Shown: positions 36,486 to 44,296 of the stretch, piece after piece | Layout: each line of letters begins with the position of its first letter | Position numbering within the stretch: the first letter of the stretch is position 1 | Source: Candidatus Latescibacterota bacterium | GTDB taxonomy: Bacteria > Latescibacterota > UBA2968 > UBA8231 | DNA length: 64,000 bases | Reading direction: 5' to 3' | Assembly: GCA_964291625.2 (NCBI GenBank) | Contig: OZ220089.1 | Coordinates: 4,000,001-4,064,000 of the forward strand | Position numbers and translations under genes: made by a program | Notes under the pieces: generated by a model | What the model was told of the DNA's origin: nothing | Databases searched by the model: none | What the model saw: the letters and a program-made list of their open reading frames with translations, nothing else

Positions 36486-37453
36486 GGCGTTTCTTCCGGG
36501 TTCAGGCCGATGAGCTCCGCCATGCGGGCCGGCGTCGGCAGGGCCGGCCCCAAGTGGCCCATGGCGGTCACGGCAATGGCGCCGGCGGCGTTGGCGAAGG
36601 CGCCGATGCGCTTCGGCCCCCAGCCCTCGAGGAAGCCGACCGTCGTCGCCGCCGCGTGACAGTCGCCGGCGCCGGTGGGCTCCACCACCGGCACGGGATA
36701 GCCGGGGCAGCGCACGGGCTCTTCGCCCTCGGCCAGGACCACGCAGCCCTCGGCGGCCAGGGTCACCACCGCCAGCCGCGGCCCCCGGGCGAGCAGCTCG
36801 CGGCCGGCCTCCACCGGGTCCTCGTGGCCGGTGATCGCCGCCGCCTCCTCCAGGGTGGGGGTGACCACGTCGGCGGCGGCCACGGCCTCCTCGAAGGCCG
36901 CGGCCGTCCCCGCGGCGCCGGGGAGGGCGCGCACGTTCGGGTCGAAGGAGACGGGGACCCCGGCGTCCCGGGCCGCGGCGATGGCCGCCAGGGACGCCTC
37001 GAGGGCGCCGTCGCTGATCTGCAGGGTGGTGCCGAGCACGTGCAGGGCGGCTGCCCCGGCGATGGCCCCGGGGTCGATGTCCCCCGGGCCGAGGGTGGTG
37101 GCCGCCGAGTGGCGGCGCTGGAAGGCCAGGGTGGTGCGCCCCTCGATGCACTCGTGAAAGCAGATGCCGGCCTGGCGTCCGGGGACGCGGATGATCCGCG
37201 AGACGTCGACCCCTTCCTCCGCCAGCGCGTCAACCAGGAAGTCGCTGAAGGCGTCGTCGCCGAGGCGGGTGATCAGGGCCGCCGGCCGGCCGCAGCGCAC
37301 CACCGCGGCGGCATAGGTCGCCGGTCCGCCGCCGGCGTACTTCCGCCAGTTCAGGGCGCCGCGCATGCTCTGCCCCGCCGGCTCCGGCATGAACTCCACC
37401 AGGGCCTCGCCCAGGGACAGGACCGGGGCGCCGGGGGGGGCCGCGCGGCTCAC
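36482..37453 (-). CDS. PfkB family sugar kinase (KdgK-like)
   Basis: LGEALVEF, FDPNVR and EPTGAGDC motifs. Confidence 0.9.
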   Translation of the reverse strand: MSRAAPPGAPVLSLGEALVEFMPEPAGQSMRGALNWRKYAGGGPATYAAAVVRCGRPAALITRLGDDAFSDFLVDALAEEGVDVSRIIRVPGRQAGICFHECIEGRTTLAFQRRHSAATTLGPGDIDPGAIAGAAALHVLGTTLQISDGALEASLAAIAAARDAGVPVSFDPNVRALPGAAGTAAAFEEAVAAADVVTPTLEEAAAITGHEDPVEAGRELLARGPRLAVVTLAAEGCVVLAEGEEPVRCPGYPVPVVEPTGAGDCHAAATTVGFLEGWGPKRIGAFANAAGAIAVTAMGHLGPALPTPARMAELIGLNPEETP

Positions 37454-38781
37454 GGGACGGCGGGACCTCCGCCTCCGGGCAGGTCCCGCGGGCGCTCCAG
37501 GGCTTGGCGGATGTCCTCCAGGAAGCCGGCGGCGTAGGCGCCGTCCACGGCCCGGTGGTCGCAGGCCAGGACCAGGGTCATCACCTCGCGCACGGCCGCG
37601 GCCCCCTCCCGGGCCACGACCCGCTCCTCGCTGCGGCCGGCGGCGAGGATGCCGCACTCCGGCGGGTTGATCAGGGGCAGGAACCGCGTGATCCCGTAAC
37701 CGCCGAGGTTGGTCACCGTGAAGGTCGGCGCGGGGTCCGGCGGCACCAGGCCCCGGCGGGCGGACTCCACGAGGGTTGTCCGGGCCTCGGCCAGCTCCGC
37801 CAGGCTCCTGCGGTCGGCATCGGCCAGGGCCGGCACGAGGACCCCCTCCTCGACGGCCACGGCCAGGCCCACGTGACACCCCGCCTTGAGGACGAGGCCG
37901 CTGTCGCCGACGTGGGCGTTCAGCCGCTCGTGGCGGCGCAGGGCCCGGGCCGTGGCGGCCACCAGCAGATCGGTGAGGGAAACCACCGGATCCCCTCCCA
38001 GCTCGCGGCGCAGGGCCTGGGCCTCGGTGACGTCGACATCGGCGAAGAGGTGGAAGTGGGGGACGTGGCGGGCGCTGGCGCTCATGCGCTCGGCCACGGC
38101 CCGCCGCAACCGCGAGTGCGGCGCCGGACGGTCGCCCTGCTCGACGACGGCGGGGACCGCTGCTGGCGCCGCGGGGCCACCGCTCTCGTTCAGGGCGGCG
38201 GTAAGCACGTCGCGGCGCACGACCCGGCCCCCGGGGCCGGAGCCGCGCACCGAGGACAGGTCCACCAGCAGCTGGCGCGCCAGCCGGCGGGCCGAGGGGG
38301 AGGCGGGGGCGCCCGCGGGAGCAGGGACGGCGGCCCCGCCCCCGGATCTCCGGCCGGGACCGGCCACTGTCGGGCGCGCCTCCACGGTCGGCTCCCCGTG
38401 CGCCTCCCGAGTCGCTGGCGAGGAGGCCGTCGATGGCGAGTGCCGGGGGGCGTCGGCCTGCACCGTTTCCCGCCCGCCCGGCCCACCGGCGGACTCCTGC
38501 TCCGGAGCCGCGGCCGGGACGGAACCCGCCTGATCCGGATCCTCCCCCGGCTCGCCGATCCAGGCGATCGGCTCCAGCACCCGGGCCTGCTCCCCGGCGG
38601 CGACGTCCTGGCGCAGCAGCACCCCGTCCTCCTCGGCCGCGACCTCGAAGGCCGCCTTCTCCGACTCGACCGTGGCGACCACCTCCCCCCGCGACACGGC
38701 CTCGCCCTCGGTCTTGCACCACTCCAGCACCACGCCGGTGGTCAGGTTCTCGCCCACCTGGGGCATGAGCACGGGCCTCAT
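37450..38781 (-). CDS. 2-oxoacid dehydrogenase E2 (dihydrolipoamide acyltransferase)
   Basis: Lipoyl VESEKA, E3-binding ASPSARRLA...GSGPGGRV and catalytic DHRAVDG. Confidence 0.92.
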   Translation of the reverse strand: MRPVLMPQVGENLTTGVVLEWCKTEGEAVSRGEVVATVESEKAAFEVAAEEDGVLLRQDVAAGEQARVLEPIAWIGEPGEDPDQAGSVPAAAPEQESAGGPGGRETVQADAPRHSPSTASSPATREAHGEPTVEARPTVAGPGRRSGGGAAVPAPAGAPASPSARRLARQLLVDLSSVRGSGPGGRVVRRDVLTAALNESGGPAAPAAVPAVVEQGDRPAPHSRLRRAVAERMSASARHVPHFHLFADVDVTEAQALRRELGGDPVVSLTDLLVAATARALRRHERLNAHVGDSGLVLKAGCHVGLAVAVEEGVLVPALADADRRSLAELAEARTTLVESARRGLVPPDPAPTFTVTNLGGYGITRFLPLINPPECGILAAGRSEERVVAREGAAAVREVMTLVLACDHRAVDGAYAAGFLEDIRQALERPRDLPGGGGPAVP

Positions 38782-39791
38782 GCGTACACGGCGCGGCGCA
38801 CGGCGGCGAGGATGTCGGCCACCTGGGGGATGCAGGCCTGCTCGAGGCTGCGGCTGAAGGGGATCGGCGTGTTGCGCCCGGCCGCGATCTCCACCGGCGC
38901 GTCGAGGTAGTCGAAGGCCTCGGCCTGGATGATGGAGGCCATGTCCGAGGCGACGCCGCCGCGGCGCACGGCCTCCTGGACGATGACCACGTGCTCGGTG
39001 CGGCGCACCGACTCCAGGATCGCGTCCCGGTCGAGGGGGACCAGGCTGCGCGGGTCGATGACCTCCACCTCGATGCCCTCGGCCGCCAGCAGCCCGGCCG
39101 CCTCCAGGGACCGGGGCACCATGTTCGACCAGGCGATCAGGGTGCAGTCGCGGCCCGGCCGCTTGACGTCGGCCACGCCGAGGTCGATGGCGTAACCCTC
39201 CTCCGGCACCGGCCCCTCGGTCATGTAGAGGAGCTTGTGCTCGATGAAGACCACCGGGTCGTCGTCGCGGATGGCGCTTGCGAGGAGTCCCTTGGCGTCG
39301 TACGGCGTCGACGGCATGGCCACCTTGAGGCCGGGGATGTGGTAGAACAGGGCCTCGAGACTCTGCGAGTGCTGGGCGGCGACGGAGTCCCCGACCCCGC
39401 CCTGGGTGCGCAGGACCAGGGGCACCGAGCCCTTGCCGCCGGACATGAGCCGGAACTTGGCCGCCTGGTTCACCACCTGGTCCATGGTGAGCAGGGTGAA
39501 GTCGACGAAGAGGACCTCCACCACGGGGCGCATGCCCGTGATCGCGGCGCCGACCCCGGCGCCGACGATGCTCGGCTCGGCGATGGGGGTGTCGATGACG
39601 CGCTTCGGTCCGAACTCGTCGAGGAGGCCCCTGGTGATCTGGTAGGAGCCGCCGCGCTCGCCGATGCCGACGCCGATGCAGAACACCGAGGGGTCGCGGG
39701 CCATTTCCTGGCGCAGGGCCTCGTTCACCGCGTCCCGGTAGAGCAGGGTCCGTCCCTGCTCCGTGGGCGGAGGGGCGGTCTCGGCGGTCAC
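38778..39791 (-). CDS. 2-oxoacid/acetoin dehydrogenase E1 beta subunit
   Basis: RVIDTPIAE, QHSQSLEA, DAKGLL and FIEHK motifs. Confidence 0.92.
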   Translation of the reverse strand: MTAETAPPPTEQGRTLLYRDAVNEALRQEMARDPSVFCIGVGIGERGGSYQITRGLLDEFGPKRVIDTPIAEPSIVGAGVGAAITGMRPVVEVLFVDFTLLTMDQVVNQAAKFRLMSGGKGSVPLVLRTQGGVGDSVAAQHSQSLEALFYHIPGLKVAMPSTPYDAKGLLASAIRDDDPVVFIEHKLLYMTEGPVPEEGYAIDLGVADVKRPGRDCTLIAWSNMVPRSLEAAGLLAAEGIEVEVIDPRSLVPLDRDAILESVRRTEHVVIVQEAVRRGGVASDMASIIQAEAFDYLDAPVEIAAGRNTPIPFSRSLEQACIPQVADILAAVRRAVYA

Positions 39792-40747
39792 GGCGGCAGC
39801 TGGTGGACGAAGGCGTCCACGTCCGGCTCGGGGCTGGTGCGGGCGAACTCGAGGGCCGCCTCGATCGCGGCTTCGACCTCGGCCTCGACAGCCTCCGCCT
39901 CGCCCTCCGGCGCCCCGGCCTCGGCCAGGTGCCGCCGGCAGAGGATCAGCGGGTCCCGCGACTTGTAGTGCGCCACCTGATCCTCGGGCATGTAGTCCCC
40001 GGGATCGTTCACGTGGTGCCCCGCGTGGCGGTAGGTCATCGCCTCGAGCAGGATCGGGCCGCCGCCGGCGAGGCAGCGCTCCCGGGCCTCGGCGGCGCCC
40101 TCGTACACGGCGGCCACGTCGTTGCCGTCGACGCGGGTCCCCTCGACGCCGTAGCCGAGGCCGCGCTTGTGCAGCTCGCTGAGGCGGCTGGACTTGTCGA
40201 CGGTGGTGGAGACGGCGAACTGGTTGTTCTCGATGACCAGCAGCAGCGGCAGGTCCCAGATCGCCGCCAGGTTCAGGGCCTCGCCGAAGGTGCCGTGGCA
40301 GGCGGCGCCGTCGGAGGAGAACACGACGCAAAGGCGGCTCTCGCCGCGGATGGTCGCCCCGAGGGCGGCGCCGACGCCGATGGGGATGCCGGCGCCGACG
40401 ATCCCGTTGGCGCCCAGGTTGCCCGCCTCCAGGTCGGCGATGTGCATCGACCCGCCGAGGCCGCCGCAGTAGCCGGTGGCCTTGCCGGTGATCTCGGCGA
40501 ACATGCGGTCGAGGCGGCCGCCGCGGGCCAGGCAGTGCCCGTGGCCCCGGTGGGTGGAGACGATGTAGTCGTCGGGGCCGAGGGCGGCGCAGACGCCGGC
40601 GGCGATCGCCTCCTCGCCGAGGTAGGGGTGCAGGTAGCCGCGGATCCCGCCCTGGCGGTAGAGCTGGATGCAGGACTCCTCGAAGCGGCGGATCGTGTAG
40701 AGGGTGCGGTAGAGGTCGAGCAGGAGGGTGCGGTCGAGGGAAGCCAT
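39788..40747 (-). CDS. 2-oxoacid/acetoin dehydrogenase E1 alpha subunit
   Basis: STHRGHGH, GGSMH, SDGA...ENN TPP motif and TYRHAGH. Confidence 0.92.
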   Translation of the reverse strand: MASLDRTLLLDLYRTLYTIRRFEESCIQLYRQGGIRGYLHPYLGEEAIAAGVCAALGPDDYIVSTHRGHGHCLARGGRLDRMFAEITGKATGYCGGLGGSMHIADLEAGNLGANGIVGAGIPIGVGAALGATIRGESRLCVVFSSDGAACHGTFGEALNLAAIWDLPLLLVIENNQFAVSTTVDKSSRLSELHKRGLGYGVEGTRVDGNDVAAVYEGAAEARERCLAGGGPILLEAMTYRHAGHHVNDPGDYMPEDQVAHYKSRDPLILCRRHLAEAGAPEGEAEAVEAEVEAAIEAALEFARTSPEPDVDAFVHQLPP

Positions 40748-40829
40748 GGGCGGCAAGATAGCGGAGCGGGGGACGCCGCCCCAAGTCGCGGTCTCCGGGG
40801 CGAGCCCCGGTCCCGGGCCTGGAGAAGCC

Positions 40830-41045
40830 CGTCCCCGGAGGCAGCCTTGTCGCTGCGTCCGCGAGGATCGCCGAGGATCGCCTGGACCCAGCGGCGCCCC
40901 CGTCCCGGAGGCAGCCTTGCAGCTGAGTCCGCGAGGATGGCGCCGGAAGATCGCCTGGACCCAGCGGTGGCCCCGCCCCGGAGGCAGCCTTGCAGCTGAG
41001 TCCGCGAGGATGGCGCCGGAAGATCGCCTGGACCCAGCGGCGGCC
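40830..41045. repeat. Intergenic ~70-73 bp tandem repeat, 3 copies
   Basis: CCGGAGGCAGCCTTG...CCGCGAGGAT...GATCGCCTGGACCCAGCGG at 40835, 40905 and 40978. Confidence 0.85.
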
Positions 41046-41093
41046 CACCCTCCTGGCTGCGTCAGCTGCGAGCAGGGGGCAGGGTTGCGGGGG

Positions 41094-42347
41094 TCAGCCG
41101 CCGGCGTAGCGCAGCAGGGCCGCCTCGTCCATGTCGACGCCGAGACCGGGGGCGTCCGGGAGCCTGAACCCGCCGTCGGCGTACTCCCAGGCGGTGGCGC
41201 CCACGAGGGAGGCGCGTTCGGCCAGGCCGGCCTGGAACTCCTGCAGGCAGGTCTCGGGACAGGCGGCGGCGAAGTGCAGGGTGGCGGCCTGGAAGGGGCC
41301 GAGGCCGTTGCCCATGTGCGGCGTCGTCGGCACCCCGGCGGCGGCCGCCTGGTCCCGCTGGCGCAGGCCGTCGCTCAGGCCGGTGCGGCCCACGTCCGGC
41401 TGGAAGACCTCCAGGGCCGGCGGCTCGAACCAGGCCCGGGTCTGCCAGTGGGTGCGGAAGTGCTCGCCCAGGGCGATCGGCGCCCCCGGGTGACGGAGCA
41501 GCTCGCGGTGGCCGTCGAGGTCCTCCGGCTCCAGGGGGCACTCCAGCCAGCGGCAGCCGAGGTCGCCGTAGCGCCGGCGGGCCTCGATGGCGCGGTCCGG
41601 CTCCACCATCCAGAGAGTGTCCACCATCCACTGCTCGACGTCCGCCCCGGCCTGCAGGAACTCCACCTCCGCAGTCCCGGCGTCGAGGTCCCCATCGAAG
41701 AACAGCTTGACCCCGCGCAGGCCGGTGTCGAGCCAGGCGCGCAGCGTCTCCAGGCGGTCGCCGGGCGTGGCCTGGCGCAGGCCGGAGAGGTAGACGGGGA
41801 TCTGCGGTCGCGGCGCCTCGCACAGCAGGGCGGCCACGGGCACGCCCTCCCGGCGGCCGATGGCGTCGTACAGGGCGATGTCGACGGCGGCCATGGCGTC
41901 GAGCCAGTACCCGGCGGCGTAGCCGCGGCCCCTCTGGGCGTCGTAGAGGAAGTCCCAAAGCTCCGCCGGGTGGCCGAACTCCCGTCCGGCGGCCATGGGC
42001 AGCACCAGGCTCTCGGCCACCAGGCCCGCCACCTCGGGGCCGATGGGGCAGTTGGCCTCGCCCCAGCCGCGGGAGCCGTCGGCGAGGTCGACGCGCACGA
42101 TCACGCTCTCCACCCGGCGCGGGTAGACGGTGCGCCAGCCGTCGCGGAACTCGAAGCGGGCGCCGGCGGCGGCCCCGGCGCTGCTGCGGTAGTCCTCCCA
42201 GTACGACGGCTCGCCGCCGAAGGCCACGTGGTAGGCGGTCAGCCCGGAGATGGAGAAGTCGGTGGCGGCGATGGTCCGCTCACATCGGGTCCGTCGTCGC
42301 CGCCGCCCCGGCCTGCGCTTCCGCCCAGGCCTTGAGGGGGATGTCAT
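41094..42347 (-). CDS. Mandelate racemase/enolase superfamily enzyme (start uncertain)
   Basis: GWGEA, AAVDIALYD, MVD, WLECP, LGEH and FQPD motifs. Confidence 0.85.
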   Translation of the reverse strand: MTSPSRPGRKRRPGRRRRRTRCERTIAATDFSISGLTAYHVAFGGEPSYWEDYRSSAGAAAGARFEFRDGWRTVYPRRVESVIVRVDLADGSRGWGEANCPIGPEVAGLVAESLVLPMAAGREFGHPAELWDFLYDAQRGRGYAAGYWLDAMAAVDIALYDAIGRREGVPVAALLCEAPRPQIPVYLSGLRQATPGDRLETLRAWLDTGLRGVKLFFDGDLDAGTAEVEFLQAGADVEQWMVDTLWMVEPDRAIEARRRYGDLGCRWLECPLEPEDLDGHRELLRHPGAPIALGEHFRTHWQTRAWFEPPALEVFQPDVGRTGLSDGLRQRDQAAAAGVPTTPHMGNGLGPFQAATLHFAAACPETCLQEFQAGLAERASLVGATAWEYADGGFRLPDAPGLGVDMDEAALLRYAGG

Positions 42348-43209
42348 CCGAGTTGCGGGTGATCCAGTACTGGGAGGCGGGGTGGAACTCCGGCGTCTCC
42401 CCGAGAGGATGGGACCCGGGGGCCAGGGCCCCCAGCAGCTGCCGGCGGATCGGGGAGCAGCGCGCGATCAGCTCCGGGTCCTGCTCCATGTAGTCGGTGG
42501 GGCGCAGCCAGCGGTAGTGGTAGCCCACGTGCAGGATCTTGCGGGTCCGGGCCGACAGGTTGGGGCCGACGCAGTGCCAGGTGGCGGTGCGCCACAGCAC
42601 GGCGGTGCCGGGGGGGATCCTCAGCTCCACGGTGGAGTCCATGTCGACCCCGCCGTCTTCCCGCAGCTCTGCCACCGGCCGCAGGTGGCTTCCGGGCATC
42701 ATCCAGAGGTTGCCGCAGTTCGATTCGCGGAGGTCGGAGAGGGCGTAGAAGATCTTGATCTCCATGAACGGCAGCCGCCCGTCGAGGGAGGGCGCCTCGA
42801 AGAGGTAGTTGCCGGCCAGGTCGGGGTGCCAGTTGACGTTGCGGTATGCTTCCTGGTCCTCCCCGTCCCCGACGCCGACGGTGCCGGCGCGCATCCCCTC
42901 GGGATAGGGGGGGCGGTAGTCGAGGTGGGAGGTGCGGATCTGGATGTTCCAGCCGATGGCGTCGACCACGAGAGGCAGGACTCTCGGGTGATCGACGAGG
43001 TCGAGGAAGGCCTCGTGATGGGCCAGGGCGTTGCGCACGGCGAAGGGCTCTTCCGGGCCGAGTCCGGAAGACTCCCTGACCCGCGCGGCGACCTCGTCGA
43101 CGGCGGCCAGGAGGCGGTCGACCTCGGGCCCGTCGAGGAATCCGTCGAGGATGACGAACCCCTTCTCCTCGAAGTCCCGCTCCTGCCGCGGGGTCATGGC
43201 GATGGCCAT
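42280..43209 (-). CDS. Phytanoyl-CoA dioxygenase (PhyH) family Fe/2OG enzyme
   Basis: WHPD, GNLWMMPGSH and TWH...N...R motifs. Confidence 0.9.
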   Translation of the reverse strand: MAIAMTPRQERDFEEKGFVILDGFLDGPEVDRLLAAVDEVAARVRESSGLGPEEPFAVRNALAHHEAFLDLVDHPRVLPLVVDAIGWNIQIRTSHLDYRPPYPEGMRAGTVGVGDGEDQEAYRNVNWHPDLAGNYLFEAPSLDGRLPFMEIKIFYALSDLRESNCGNLWMMPGSHLRPVAELREDGGVDMDSTVELRIPPGTAVLWRTATWHCVGPNLSARTRKILHVGYHYRWLRPTDYMEQDPELIARCSPIRRQLLGALAPGSHPLGETPEFHPASQYWITRNSDDIPLKAWAEAQAGAAATTDPM

Positions 43210-43438
43210 GGATCACCTCCCGGGTGGCGTTGACACCGGCCGGCGCGAATCTGCCGCCGCGGCGGTCCCCGGTCAACCGGATGCGAACGCCGGATCCCGT
43301 GGCCCACAGCTCACGCAGGCGAGTCCCCCGCCACACGGATGGCGCGGCGAAGCGGCCCCGCCGGGGGGGTGCGGGTCTGGCATCCGGTTTGCGCTATGAA
43401 CCATGCAGCCCTCTCCCTACATTTCACGGATTCGTCCC

Positions 43439-44275
43439 ATGGCGCAGCCCGAGAGCGGTGGAACGCCGCACGCACCCCCGGCCGAAGAGATGCACTGGGC
43501 CATACATCTCAGCGAGGACATCAAGGATCTCCGGCTGGAGGTCCGCGACCACCGCGAGCAGAGCCACCAGGACGTCCGCGAGTTGCGGACCGAGGTCCGC
43601 GGGGATGTGCAGGGACTGCGCACGGAGGTCCGTGAGAACCTCCAGGAGTTGCGCGCCGAGGTCCGCGGGGACAGCAAGGGGATGCGGACCGAGCTCCGCG
43701 AGGAGATCCACGAGTTCCGCACGGAGGTGCGCACGGATTTCCAGGAGGTTCGCGGGGACATCCAGGGCGTGCGCGAGGACATCCCGGCCCTGCGCACGGA
43801 ACTGCGCACGGAACTGCGCGGGAACATCCAGGGCCTGCGCACGGAAGTGCGCGAGGACATCCAGGGCCTGCGCACGGAACTGCGCGAGCACCGGGCGCAG
43901 ATGGACACCCGCTTTGCCCAGGTCGATCAGCGGTTTCTTCAGGTCGACGGGCGCTTCGACCAGATGGAGGCCCGCTTTGCCCAGATCGACGAGCGCTTCG
44001 CCCAGGTGGACGAGCGCTTCGTTCAGGTGGACGAGCGCTTCGTTCAGGTGGACGCGCGATTTGCCCAGATAGATGAGCGCTTCGCCCAGGTGGACGCGCG
44101 CTTCGCCCAGGTGGACGCGCGCTTCGCCCAGGTGGACCGGCGCTTCGCCCAAGTGGACCGGCGCTTCGACGAGCTGCGGCGGATCATGGACACCCGGTTC
44201 TACTGGACCATCGGGATCATGGTCACCCTCTTCGGCGCCCAGACGGCGCTGATCGCCGCCCTGGCCCGGCTCTGA
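43439..44275 (+). CDS. C-terminally anchored repetitive coiled-coil protein (DUF1640/CCDC90-like)
   Basis: 11-aa LRTEVRxDIQG repeats, then 7-aa RFAQVDx repeats, then a TM segment WTIGIMVTLFGA. Confidence 0.7.
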   Translation: MAQPESGGTPHAPPAEEMHWAIHLSEDIKDLRLEVRDHREQSHQDVRELRTEVRGDVQGLRTEVRENLQELRAEVRGDSKGMRTELREEIHEFRTEVRTDFQEVRGDIQGVREDIPALRTELRTELRGNIQGLRTEVREDIQGLRTELREHRAQMDTRFAQVDQRFLQVDGRFDQMEARFAQIDERFAQVDERFVQVDERFVQVDARFAQIDERFAQVDARFAQVDARFAQVDRRFAQVDRRFDELRRIMDTRFYWTIGIMVTLFGAQTALIAALARL

Positions 44276-44296
44276 CCGCGGGCCACCGGCAACCGC

